A stretch of 64,000 nt of DNA from Podarcis erhardii (taxonomy: Eukaryota), in NCBI GenBank assembly GCA_964252035.1, contig OZ176214.1; one strand, 5' to 3'. The position numbers and the translations under genes are program-made. Shown in pieces: positions 23,749-35,805 of the stretch (its first letter is position 1; the number at the start of each line of letters is the position of its first letter). The notes beneath the pieces are model-generated. The model was not told where the DNA came from. It saw only the letters and a program-made list of their open reading frames with translations, and made no database searches.

Positions 23749-23959
23749 CAGCGGTACCTCGGGTTAAGAACTTAATTCATTCTGGAGGTCCATTCTTAAC
23801 CTGAGACTGTTCTTAACCTGAGGTACCACTTTAGCTAATGGGGCCTCCTGCTGCCACCGTGCCACCGCCATGTGATTTCTGTTCTCAAGGTACTATTTCT
23901 GGGAATCTGTAACCTGAAGCATCTGTAACCTGGAGCGTCTGTAACCTCAGGTACCATTG
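23749..23959. mobile_element. Tigger/pogo-like MITE, subfamily A, internally deleted
   Basis: CAGCGGTACCTCGGGTTA...CAGGTACCATTG. Confidence 0.85.
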
Positions 23960-25611
23960 TATTGTGTTCCACGTGTGCTGTTCAGTATTGAAAGTTATGG
24001 ATTCCTTCTCCTTTTTTAAAAAAAATGTCATTGGCCTTTCCTAAAGAGAGAAAAAGAGGTTCAACCCCAAAGGGTTCAACCCCATATCTTCTATTTCAGA
24101 AACAAAAGAGAGAGGCTGTGCTCTCCACCCCTATCCCTCAATGTTGCTCATCGCAGGTGGTGATGGCTGTGCAAAACTTGAACTGTGAAGTCCTGGGTTC
24201 TTGGAAAAAAGATTTCAAAAGAGTGTTTGGCTTTTTTCCCTACTTCTTGGTCCTGGGATGTAGTTCCTCTTCACCTCCTGCACCCAAACAGTCAATGGTA
24301 TCTGTTGGGGGAAGGGGAATTGTTTGTTCTTCAAAAAAAATAAAAAATAGATAAGATGGTGTGCTGTATTGAAACATGCGAAATTGCACTAAGCCATTAG
24401 CTAGAAAGAGGATGAGCTCCTTGTGATTATTGTGAGTTTTCAAAAGTAATCACAATAAGTCCTCTTAAAATACACTAGTATTTGTTTGGGTTGGGGGTTT
24501 TTTAATGCATCCGGAACAGACATTTGAGTTTTATGATGTTGTTTGCTCATTGAAAATCACTCCGACTACAGCCCTGTTTGCACTGAAAAAACAAAATGGC
24601 ACCCCTCCTTACTTCCCTGCTTTCAACAAAACTTTGTTTGAAATGTGCCCAATCGAACCCCACATTGACATGTTTCTACTCAGCAGAGTCTCTCCCTCTC
24701 TTGCTCTCCCTCACTAATGTCTAAAACTTGAATTGCCCTCAGGCCTGAAACAAATGGCCAGTCTTGTAAAAGAGAATGTTCACCAAAGTGCTAAACTAAA
24801 GGTGGCAGGAGCTGAACCGAGTGGGATTTCTCCAAAGAGTGCCTTTTCTTATTTCACCATATTTGCCTGAGGTGAATTTACAAAGTGGCTTCTATCAAGC
24901 TTAGGCAAGGAGGTAACAGAAATAGTAGCTTTCATAGCTGTTAATGTAAAATTCTCCACCTGCCTCTGGCCATTCCTCTTTAAAACAGCTGTCACTAGTG
25001 CAGTTGGCGTGTTCAAGTCAAACATGAAGGTGTGCAGGCTGTGTGAGCATTTGAGAGAACATATGTTAGGCCATCCACCTTGCAATTTGCCTCCAAGTGT
25101 CACTCTGTGCCTTTTTTTTTTAAAAAAAAAAACAAAACAAAACTCATTAGACCGAACTGCCCATTTCTCATTGACATAGTGTGGCGAGAGGGAGAGACAG
25201 AATGTATTTTCAATGGGTCATTTTTACCAGATTTCCACAGTTTCCCTCACAGATGTACACTTCTCAGAGAGGTTTAACAACCAATCCCTGTTCCCAGGGA
25301 ACTCTGGGAATTGCAGCTTTGTGAGGGAAATAGGGTCTCCTTACAACTCTCAGGAACCTGATTATGGCATGTTGGGAGTTTAAATGTATGTGGTGTAGAT
25401 TTGACCTAATAGCGTAGTAGTGTGATAGTATTGAGAAGATCATGGTTATGTAACCACTGGTCCACTCCTTATGGCAGGGTGATACCCTAATCATGCAACA
25501 GACAAAAGCAGGAAAGCCCCATGGTATGCCCCTTTGTCTTATACCGAATTGTTTCCCATCCACAATCAATACCAGTCACATAAGATGCATTGAAATTAAT
25601 TGGAATTACTT

Positions 25612-25943
25612 GGACGCGGGTGGCACTGTGGGTTAAACCACAGAGCCTAGGACTTGCTGATCAGAAGGTCGGCGGTTCGAATCCCTGCGACAGGGTGAGC
25701 TCCTGCCAACCTAGCAGTTCGAAAGGAGGTCAAAGTGCAAATAAATTAATAGGTACCGCTCTGGCAGGAAGTAAATGCCGTTTCTGTGTGCTGCTCTGGT
25801 TCACCAGCAGCAGCTTAGTCATGCTGGCCACATGACCGAGAAGCTGTACTCCAGCTCCCTCGGCCAGCAAAGCAAGATGAGCGCCGCAACCCCAGAGTCA
25901 GTCACAACTGGACCTAATGGTCAGGGGTCCCTTTCCCTTTACC
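25612..25943 (+). mobile_element. Sauria SINE (Squam1/POM-type)
   Basis: tRNA-like head GGACGCGGGTGGCACTGTGG...GGTTCGAATCC; body ...GGACCTAATGGTCAGGGGTCCCTTT; (CCTTT) tail; short TTACTT(GG) TSD. Confidence 0.93.
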
Positions 25944-26390
25944 TTACTTGGTCATTTTATCATGGGTTAATAACCTCTCAGTTCACTTCAGCCCCTAAAA
26001 TGGCGAATTATCACTTGAGGGGAGGAATTCTCTCAAATGCTGGCAATTTGAATTATCAGCCTGGATAACTCTGTTTGTTAGAACACAGTGCTGATAATGC
26101 CAAGGTTGCACATTCGATCTCTGTAAGGGCCAGCTACAGGTCTCTGATTCTATGAAGGACTCCCAACACATCTTTAATGCTGGAAGTAATGTTGAAACTG
26201 GAGGATTATTGTCACCTCAGGTAAATTTTGTAATTTTATGGTCAAGAAACAGTAGTCTGTGAATGACACCAAAAAGCCTGCAAGAGAGTTATTGCTGAAA
26301 CAGACTGGAATTACTCCCTCAGGGTAGACAAGAGCCATCTCAATCAACATAAGAACTTGCCAATCCTGGGACGTGTGTGACTAACACATA

Positions 26391-26508
26391 GGTGGTATTC
26401 AGCTAAGTTTTACTTGGAATAGAATCATGGAAATTAATGGGCATGGTTAAGTTAGGTCCACTAATTTCACTGGGCCTACTCTGAGTGAAACTTAGCTGAA
26501 TACCATCC
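26391..26508. mobile_element. Short palindromic MITE-like element
   Basis: GGTGGTATTCAGCTAAGTTTTACT pairs with AGTGAAACTTAGCTGAATACCATCC. Confidence 0.65.
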
Positions 26509-27544
26509 TTGATTCTTTTGCACTTGATCACGGTATTCTTGCATAAGTGGTGAATGAATGCTGAATGACTTCCATTGAAAATCACTTCCTTTGAAGTAGG
26601 GATGAAGCTAGAATTTGAGGCATGGCTGTTATACAAGCTCTGAGCACTCCTGCTGAAATTGTTACATGGAGAACTGAGGTGGGTACAGAAAACCCACCTT
26701 CACCTTAATTTTGCTCTAATTTCCTAGCCCAAGTACAGCACTTCAAATTTGCTCCCATGGAAACAATTGGTAAAGGTGTTTGTACAGAGGCCAATCTGAA
26801 AGGTTTCTGCCTGGTAAACCAAATGCCCACCCACAGAAATCACCCACAAAGGAAACGAAGGGAGGCATTAAGATCATCTCCACCCACACTTTGAAATAAT
26901 ATGTGTGTGAAATCAAGGAGCTTCTTGGGGAGTGGAATTTAATGGAGTTTATTTGGGGTGTTTGTGTTCATATGTCCATCTCCATATGCAGCATTTAACA
27001 AATGCATAAGAATGTACATGAGGCTGTGTTGGCTACCACCAACTCCCACCATCACTGATGATTGTCTACTCTAACTGGGGCTGTTGGGAGCTGAAGTACA
27101 ACACCAACTAGAAGGCCACAGGTTGCCTGTTCCAGATACAGAAAAGTACAGTGTTCATTCTGTCTCTCAGAGTTAAAAACTGTACAATAGACTTCTCCCT
27201 GCTACCCATCTCTATTTTTAATCTTTTCTCAGGGGCTGCATTATAAGGTCTCAGGAAATATTCTTCCGCTTTGTTTCCTTTCACCTATTACTGCACCCTC
27301 CTTTTTTTTTTTCTTGCTCTGGATTATAAAGAACTGTTTGCTCAAACAAGAAGACATTTTCAGAGTATCACATTCACCAACTGCAAACTCTCCAGGCAAA
27401 ACCAAAGCAAACACCCCATTTGGATTTAATTTCAGTGTTTATCTCAGTGATACTCCCTTCCACCCACCCACCTTTACCTCCAAACATGCATAGATGTGGG
27501 TCTATATCTGACCAATACAGACCAGTTTGCAGGAAATATTTGTA

Positions 27545-28709
27545 CAGTGGTGCCCCGCAAGACGAACGCCTCGCAAGACGGAAAACCCGCTAGACGAAAG
27601 GGTTTTCCGTTTTGGAGGCGCTTCGCAAGACGAATTTCCCTATGGGCTTGCTTCGCAAGACGACAGCCCATAGGGAAATCTCCGGGACAGCGGGGAAGCG
27701 CAGCTCGTCTTCCCCGCTGTCCTCGGACCTCCTCCGAAGCCTGGCGGCGGGGCGGGGACACCTCCTCCCGCCGCCGGGCTTCGGAAGGATGCCCCGATGC
27801 CGGGCGGCGAGGCGGGAACGCCTCCCCCCGCCGCCCGGCATCGGAACGATGCCCCGATGCCGGGCGGCGGGGCGGGAAAGTCTCCCCCCGCCGCCCGGCA
27901 TCGGAACGATGCCCCGATGCCGGGCGACGGGGCGGGAAAGTCTCCCCCCGCCGCCCGGCATCGGAACGATGCCCCGAAGCCGGGCGGCGAGGCGGGAAAG
28001 TCTCCCCCCGCCGCCCGGCATCGGAACGATGCCCCGATGCCGGGCGGCGAGGCGGGAAAGTCTCCCCCCGCCGCCCGGCATCGGAACGATGCCCCGAAGC
28101 CGGGCGGCGAGGCGGGAAAGTCTCCCCCCGCCGCCCGGCATCGGAACGATGCCCCGATGCCGGGCGGCGGGGCGGGAACGCCTCCCCCCGCCGCCCGGCA
28201 TCGGAACGATGTCCCGAAGCCGAGCGGCGGGGCGGGAACGCCTCCCCCCGCCGCCCGGCTTCGGGGCGGGAAAGCCTCCCCCCGCCGCCCGGCTTCGGGG
28301 CAGGAACGCCTCCCCCTGCCGCCCGGCTTCGGGGCATCGTCCCGATGCCGGGCGGCGGGGCGAGAAAGCCTCCCCCCGCCGCCTGGCATCGGAACGATGT
28401 CCCGAAGCCGGGCGGCGGGGCCGCGAAGCCTGGGCGCGCTGGCAACTCTCCGCAAGGAGCGCCCAGGCTTCGTCCCCCCTGCTTGCCTTCCCAGGGGCTT
28501 TTAAATCGCCCGGACAGTGGAGAAGTCCTCCGCTGTCCCGGGCGATTTTAAAATGCCGCCAGAAGAGGTCGGGGGAAGGCGGTTTCCATAGGAACGCATT
28601 AATTGATTTTCAATGCATTCCTATGGAAAACCGTGCATCGCAAGACGAAAAACTCGCAAGACGAAGAGACTTGAGGAACGAATTAATTTTGTCTTGCGAG
28701 GCACCACTG
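27545..28709. mobile_element. Tigger/pogo-like non-autonomous element, subfamily C, 1165 bp, with a GC-rich interior
   Basis: TIRs CAGTGGTGCCCCGCAAGACGAA / TTTGTCTTGCGAGGCACCACTG; TA at 27543-27544 and 28710-28711; arms shared with 596-913. Confidence 0.93.
27734..28420. repeat. 60-bp GC-rich minisatellite of alternating inverted arms
   Basis: Eight in-register 60-bp units at 27781-28260, two 34-bp units at 28261-28328, then ~1.5 variant units; 47/60 G+C and 10 CpG per unit. Confidence 0.98.
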
Positions 28710-31700
28710 TATCATGAAAGTAGAGACACAACCCAAGTGGGGCAAACATACACATACCAAATTGAAGGAAGGGGGCTATGTGGTCGTTTTCTTAGCTTGT
28801 TCAGACTAGCTGAATTCAAATACACATGCACCTAACACAAGGTCATTTAAATGTTTAGGCAAAATGGGTTAGCTGTATTTGCTTTAAATTTCTTTACTTT
28901 CTTTTAATTTTGCAGACATATAGTCAATACGTAGCTGGCAATTCTAGGACTCCCTGGCCAGGTCAGTCAAATATCTGCCTAGTCTTAGCATTATATTTCC
29001 AACAATTGATGTGATAGTTACCACCAACTGCCGCTGTTGTTCGTGCCCTGCGCATGTTTATTAGAGATACAGTGGGACTCTTACAGCAGGAATAGGGGAC
29101 CCAAGGCTTGCTCCCAAATGTCTGGCCTTCAAGACTGTGTCTAGGGCACACCCTTTGGAAGGTATACTTGAATTCTCATAATGTTTTCTGCTTCGCTGCA
29201 TTGCAAGGGACGTGTGGATGTGAAGAAACATTCACATTTGTTGCTCCTGGTCATGTCCCACCATGGATATGTGGCTCCCAGGAGATTGCTCAGGATGGAA
29301 TGTGGCTTTTGTTCTGAAGAAGGTTCCCCAACCCTGTCTTACAGGCATTTGTCTAGTTACTGTCTTCAGTCAAGGGAATAAGCTATCTATGGCCCATGCT
29401 GTACGTTTGAAATCTTGTTCTAGGAAAGGGGCGGGGGGAGAAGGGAGAAATAAGACCATCTAGGCTGTGAAATGGTGGTGCTGAGACCTTTTGACAGATG
29501 TCCTTGCTGAACACATCTGCTGCGTATCTGAGAAATCCAGTGTGTGGTGCCTGGAACTTTTCCTACATGGGGCCCAACAGAGCTGTTCAAGGCATATATT
29601 TATTGTGTACTGAACTATGCTACAACCCTCTATTATTGTTGCTTCTCATTTTGCTGGCGGAGAATGATACTATTTTCATTGGAGGCTCCCTGGTGGAGTC
29701 TTTAATGCCAGAAGTGCATCCACGTTGAAGAACTTCAGATAGTTATACTAGCAGTGCTGTAGATTTCTGTTCCATGTTTATTTGTTTTTTTAGCAGTTCT
29801 CCCAGAACAGTCAATCATTTCATTATATTCTCTCTCTTACACAAACAAACCACACTCTGCATTATGATGGCTAGGTACCCAACACTGAAAGGTACATAGG
29901 AAGGAGGGGACACCCCCAGATTTAACTGGAGATGTCCTGTATTCTGCAAATGCTTTGCCACAGAACTACAATCCTTCTAAACAGTCTCATCATACTTGAT
30001 AGCAACCCTGAGGTTGGCAGAACTGGGGGGGGGGGGGAATGGAGGGAGATCCTAATATCCCCTCAAAAAAAAACCAGCCTTATGAGGACTGAGTATGGCT
30101 TGGCTACAGAATGCTGAGTGTCTAGGGCAGAAAAAAGAGGGAAGGAGATGGAATTGAATAACCTGAAAAGACAGAATGACCTGGTGAAATACAGAACAAG
30201 AGCATTCAACACAGCAGCATTTTGTTGCAGTCATGGGGATAGGGGGAAATTTGATTCAGTTCACATTTAAATGTAAGCCTACCTAATATTTACTTTCTGG
30301 GAAAAAAATACCAAAAAACAAAACAGAGCCATCCTTCAAAAAATTTCCATTCTCCAAATTTTGCAAGGCAGTTCTCCAAAAATGCACATACTAGGGTGAA
30401 ATGTACATTAAAATGCACATATTAGTGAAAATAACATACACACATGCATTATATGTGGAGAAATTGCTTTGCAATTTGTGTTTCTTGCGGGAAATTGCAT
30501 GCAAATATATCTATTAGGAGATATATTTCACACTAAAACACGGCTGAATTTTCATGAGGGGAAAAAATTAAACTGGTTTGGAAATGTAGAGAACTAAGAT
30601 TGGTAAAATGAAAAACTGAGAGAAACTGAAATTGATGGATTCTCCTGTCCTTACGTGTAGGTTATTTGCCAATTTGCTTATTTCACTACCAGCACTCAAA
30701 AGTTCAGCTGTGAACATCGATAGTGATATATCTAGACAAAAGTAGTGCTGTTCTGATATTTCCGGCAAATCAGTTTTGCCTTATTCACTGCGGGCGGGGG
30801 GAAGAGGTGCAAAAGCAGTATCCCTTCCTGAGATACAAACATATGTATAGTGTTTGTGTGTGCAACTAGGGTTTGACAAATCTGTCAACCTGAGTTTTGC
30901 TTACTTTCTCAACTTTCTCACTCGTCAGTTATCCACTTTTTAGTTCTCTTCATTTCCGCATCTTTGCAATTCTCACCAAAAAATGTCAGTATATTAGTGT
31001 GGATATATGCAAATATACACAGTTTTGTATGCAATCTTACCTAATGTACACATATTTGCAAAAACTAAATGAATTACATAATATAATGCATTTTAGTATA
31101 TACTATCTAGCTGAAGAACTTCCACACGGAATTCAACAAAGAGCAAATTTCAAAGGATAGCTGTGTCTCAGTTTGCATACTGTTTCAGGAAGTGTGACTC
31201 CAACAGGTTCGCATTAAAATTAGAACCTGACTGAATTTCTCCCACATTTTTAGTGTACACCGAAAAGTATGACAGAATTGCAAGGGTCAATTGTTTGATT
31301 ATGTTTCTTCTAGGTACATTCATCAGACATACAGTATAGGATCACTTTCATCTCCCATTTTTTCTTGAGCATGTATTTAGTCTGTTGTGACAAGATCTAA
31401 AATTACTCTTAGTTTACAGCACTCTAGCAATCGGGGGTGGGTGGGGTGAATAGAAGGGTTAAAGTCTGTTTTCTCATCAGAAAGCCAGTAGTCAACAAAG
31501 ACACAAAAACTCTGAGCTGATGATCCATCACTGACATTTGAGACTTTAAGACTCTTCAGTGCTTTTCAGCTCAAACCAATTGTCTATGTCCCATTGTCTG
31601 TTAAGAAAATATTAAGGATAATGGTACTTTAATGCAGCATCTTTTCTTATTTGAGATGACATTTGATGCCGCTTGATGAAATATGAAAGCCAGAAAGGGA

Positions 31701-32018
31701 GTTGAGTGATTCCACAGGGTGATAAACTGAAGCAAATGGAAGCTTATTGCTCTTGTTTTCATTTAGCATGGGGAAGGCGGGGTGGAATAGGAGCTTGGGT
31801 GAAGTGCAGCAATTCCTAAGAGCAATGCTTTGAGTATCTTTACGTCTTTGGGCTGCATTTCATCTCTATATTCTACCTTCAAGGCAGCAGTACATTAACA
31901 AAGAAAATTGCAAAAAAATAAACAAACACCTACAACTACTACTACTACTAAAAAGAAAATGTGTTTGAGAGAGCACAGACAAATGAAATACAGGCCAGTG
32001 GTTGGAGCACGTGAGGTA

Positions 32019-32186
32019 CCGTATTTTTCCGTGTATAAGATGCCACCATGTATAAGACACCCCCTATTTTGGGAGACTCCAAATTAAGAAAACACCCCTC
32101 AGCACTACCAGTGTATAAAACGAGCCCCCATTTTAAACCTATTTTTTTTGGTTAAAAAACCTAATCCTATACATGGAAAAATACGG
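32019..32186. mobile_element. Tc1/mariner-superfamily (Tc2/pogo-like) MITE
   Basis: TIRs CCGTATTTTTCCGTGTATAAG / CTATACATGGAAAAATACGG; TA TSD. Confidence 0.88.
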
Positions 32187-32378
32187 TATATTGTGTAATT
32201 GCAGCAGCTTATCGTCAAGGTTAGTGGTAGAGAATGCATTTCCTTACAATAAAATGAAGCGGGCATGTGCCGATGTCATGATCTGGTTTGAGAGAATGAG
32301 CAGTTACAGACACTGCACTGTGACTCATTAGTTGCGAACTGTGAGTGTGAAGCTGGTTCCTTCACAGTGTTGCCAGTG

Positions 32379-32467
32379 CATAGCTGTCACTTTTCCCTTT
32401 TTAAAAGGGAAATTCCCTTAATCCAAATAGGATTCCTCGCAAGAAAAGGGAAAAGTTTTCAGCTATG
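32379..32467. mobile_element. 89-bp hAT-type MITE
   Basis: TIRs CATAGCTGTCACTTTTCCCTTTT / AAAAGGGAAAAGTTTTCAGCTATG; perfect 8-bp TSD TGCCAGTG. Confidence 0.88.
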
Positions 32468-33053
32468 TGCCAGTGTAAAGGCTACTATAAGGCTGTATTC
32501 CTAGAACACCTTGTCTGGGAGTGAGGCTGTCCCTACAATTAGGCAGACTGAGGAGATGCCCTCAGGCGGCAAATACTGAGGGGCAATAGGGGTGGTCAAT
32601 CCTTATATTGGCTGTTTGCCAGTATTAGCCAAATCTGTGCTATAGATTTAAAGCACTAGTGTACTACTTGAACAGTCATGGTGCTGTTAGAACCGCTGGA
32701 AATTGAAGCTCTCTGATCTCTGTGACTATGTGACTATAGAGCCCATGGGTGGAGATTTTTGGCTTGTTAGATTCAAATATCCATTATCTGCTAGTGTAAT
32801 GAAAGGCTAGCCCAATTAAATGCTGGCTGTCACCCCAGCTTGTACTTAAGAATGGAACCGGAAGGAGTTTTTTCAGCAACTGTATATAAGGTTATCATGT
32901 TTTCTTCTAAGTTATCCACTCCCCAATAAACAGATATAATACCTTTTAAGAACGTGCACGGATGTTCAACATCCCCATTCGTACCAAAGGTTCATGCCTT
33001 ATTGCACTGTGGATTTTGTAATAGCTTGTTTGCAACTGACTCAAAAGCCAAGA

Positions 33054-33083
33054 GGATGAAGGATGAAGGATGAAGGATGAAGG
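33054..33083. repeat. (GGATGAA)4 heptamer repeat
   Basis: Direct reading. Confidence 0.9.
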
Positions 33084-33101
33084 CTTACCTCATCTAGACT
33101 T

Positions 33102-33265
33102 GAGCCAGTGTGGTGTAGTGGTTATAACACTGGACTAGGACTTGGTAGGCTGAGGTTCAAATTCCCATTACTCACTGAAGCTGACTGTCTTGGTCTGAAT
33201 TCAGTCACCATCACTCAGCCTAGCATTCCTAGCAGGGATCTTGTGAGGTTGAGATGTGGAGGGAG
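33102..33265 (+). mobile_element. Old tRNA-head CORE/MIR-like SINE
   Basis: A-box GTGGTGTAGTGG, B-box GGTTCAAATTCC and a CORE-like body. Confidence 0.65.
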
Positions 33266-35104
33266 TAAGGTATAAATACTATAACCAAATGCACAAATAA
33301 AACTGGACTGAATAGAGATGCCAGGTTTACAAGCCCTAAATCTGGGGCTTGTAAAAATCTGCTTCTCCATTTAACGGACTCCGTTACATTAAATAGAAAG
33401 AAGTTTAAGAGGATGAAGTGGGTCATATTTCATTTTCCTAGGCCTTGGGCTGGCTTGGAAAAACTTCTGAGGTTTTCTGATCCCCGCCCCCAAGAAGTTC
33501 TTGCATCACTCCAAGTTGATCCAAGGAAAGTCTAGGAGCATTCACCTAGACTTGCCATGGTTCATTCGGTTAAATGTATATATGGAAGGGAGGAACACTT
33601 GCTTGGCAATCTTTTATCTAGAACAGGGTGGTCCAAGGTGCAGTCCCAGGGCTTCCCCACCCTGCCACCCCCACTTCAGCCCTCCTTCTGCCTTCCCAAA
33701 TCTCTGTAAATGTGGCACTCGGCTTTGGGAAAAAGGCATGATAGGGTTTAGATTTAAACCCCATACCCTGGGTTAAAATCTAAACATCAGCCTGTAGTGA
33801 GAAAAAGAGGATAAGAAACACAGGCATTTGGCTCTCTGTCTGTTTGAGGCTTTATCTGAGAGAGCAGAGGGCAAGTGGAGGTTATGCAGCAGGCAATTCT
33901 GAATAAGAATGACCACCGCCCCCCTGCGAAAAATTGCAGCTTAGAAAGCGTTAGCAGGAAGTCGAGAGTAAATACGGGGGGGGGGGGGGACAAAACAAAA
34001 CAAAATTGTGAGTTGGGAAAGAAGTGGATTTTTTGCTGGTTTGTTTGGGGTTTTTTTTTTTTTTTGTCATTCTGCCCAAAATAAATAAATATATAAATTT
34101 CAGATCAAGGTGACCCTACTGCTGGGAGGAAATTGCTCTCATTGTCAATAATATCTCAGTGTTTTCTGGCACTCAAACACCCATTTCTTCCCAATTTAGT
34201 AGCAGCATAGACATGGCCTTTATCCTCCCCTTGGCAGCATGAAGCTGGGATGACAATCTTTGATTTAAATTTTGCAAGTTTTGATCTGGTGGAAGATATT
34301 CCACGTTTGCATTTTCAAAGCTAAAATTTGAAGATAATATCTCTTTTGGTAAAAATAATGATGATGATACGATTTGCTGGAACAATTCCTGGACACTTAA
34401 AACTATTTATTATTGCATTTATTTATTGCATTTATATGCTTTTTTGCAGCAATAAATAAATAAATAAATAAATGTGCTGCAGGGGGGAAATCAGCACAAC
34501 CCCCCCCCCCCCCAGTATTTTTTGATGGTGATGGTGGAGTGAAGGGATAGGATGTTATTAGTCCCAGGAGGATTATATGGATAAAGGCTTGTCGTGGCTT
34601 CTTCCTTGGCTACTGTTTTCAAACACAATGGTAAACACTGTGCATTCTAGCTATTTTCAGTTCAAAACAGGAAAGAAAATGTCAAGAGCAACCTGCTCAT
34701 ATCACTTCATAGAAATCCTTTGATTCTTGGAACTTGGAACTTTGCACACTAGGCTGGAAGATGTGGATCAGTTGAGTTTTCCCTCAAAATGCAAAACCCT
34801 TAGATTTATCCAAGAGCACTAGGATTATTGAGAAAACACACAAATATACAAACAATCCCTTTGAAGCAACAACAAACACAACAACAACAGGAAATACTAG
34901 AGTGTAGGTCATTTAGCAAAATCTGTTGGTGGGAAATCTAGGCCAACTGAACAAGACTATATCTTCCAGCAATGTATGGTTAATTGACATCATTTGTTCC
35001 CCCCGAGTTGTGATGATGCCTGGCTCCTAGCTGAAATTAGACAGATTTGGGGAGGACCAGTTTTTCCAAATCTGTTAATTATGCAGCCAAAATAAAAGTA
35101 ATCC

Positions 35105-35805
35105 AGCATGATGCAGCGAAACCACCTCCTCCCCATGCTATTTTAGACTGCATTAACAGAAGTCTAGTGTCCCGGCCAAGGGTAGTAATAGTACTGCTCC
35201 TTCCTGTGTCAGAACTTATCTGGAATACTGTGACCAGTTCTGGGTGCCACAATTTAAGAAGGGTATTGATGAGGTGGAACGTGTGCAGAGGAGGATAACC
35301 ATGATGATCAAGAGTCTGGAAAGTAAGCCTTATGAGGAATGGTTGAGGAAGTTGGGTATGTTTCACCTGGAAAATAGGAGACTAAGAGGAGATATGGTAG
35401 CCATTATAGAGTTGCCATGCGTCCTCTTTTCCATGGGTAGGGTTGTTATAGCGATCCATAGTTGGCAAATGTGTCCTCTTTTTTGCTCTTCAAAAAAAGG
35501 CAACCCTAAAGGCTGTCACTTGGAAGATGGAGTTTTCTCCTGATCTGGAGGGTAGGACCCAAACCAATGGCTTCAAGTTACAAGAAAGGAGACTAACTAA
35601 ACATCAGAAAGAACTTTCTGGTGGTAAGAGCTGTTCAACAATGGAATGGACTTGGTTGGAAGGTAGTAGACTCCTTCCTTGGAGGTTTTCAAACAGAAGC
35701 TGGGTGGCCATCTGTCACTGACACTTCAATTGAAATTCCTGCATTGCAGAGGGTTGGATTAGATAATCCTTGTGTCCTTTCCAACTGAATAATTCTATGA
35801 TTCTA
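35105..35805 (+). mobile_element. CR1 LINE 3' fragment with a small TAGRGTTGCC...GGCAACCCTA hAT-like insert at 35407-35508
   Basis: Peptide PQFKKGIDEVERVQRRITMMIKSLE...YEEWLRKLGMFHLENRRLRGDM; terminal ATTCTATGATTCT. Confidence 0.9.

Noticed and set aside
24405-24466. Pre-miRNA-like hairpin
   Set aside because: Only a 9-bp continuous AT-rich stem with large bulges, and no known mature miRNA recognised.
25612-25690. tRNA genes (also ~33102, ~38832 and ~51006)
   Set aside because: A and B boxes continue into SINE bodies, and no complete cloverleaf is present.
27781-28260. CRISPR-like array
   Set aside because: The genome is eukaryotic, the spacers are near-identical rather than unique, and there are no cas genes.
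27474-28835. Six overlapping long ORFs (203-407 aa) rich in Pro/Arg/Gly/Ala
   Set aside because: All six frames are open because the 60-bp unit is a multiple of 3 and lacks stop codons. The peptides are simple repeats inside a MITE, with no evidence of coding function.
30235-31252. Inverted pair of old ~400-bp repeats as a composite transposon
   Set aside because: The copies are highly diverged with no shared TSD, and the family is common in the window, so independent insertion suffices.
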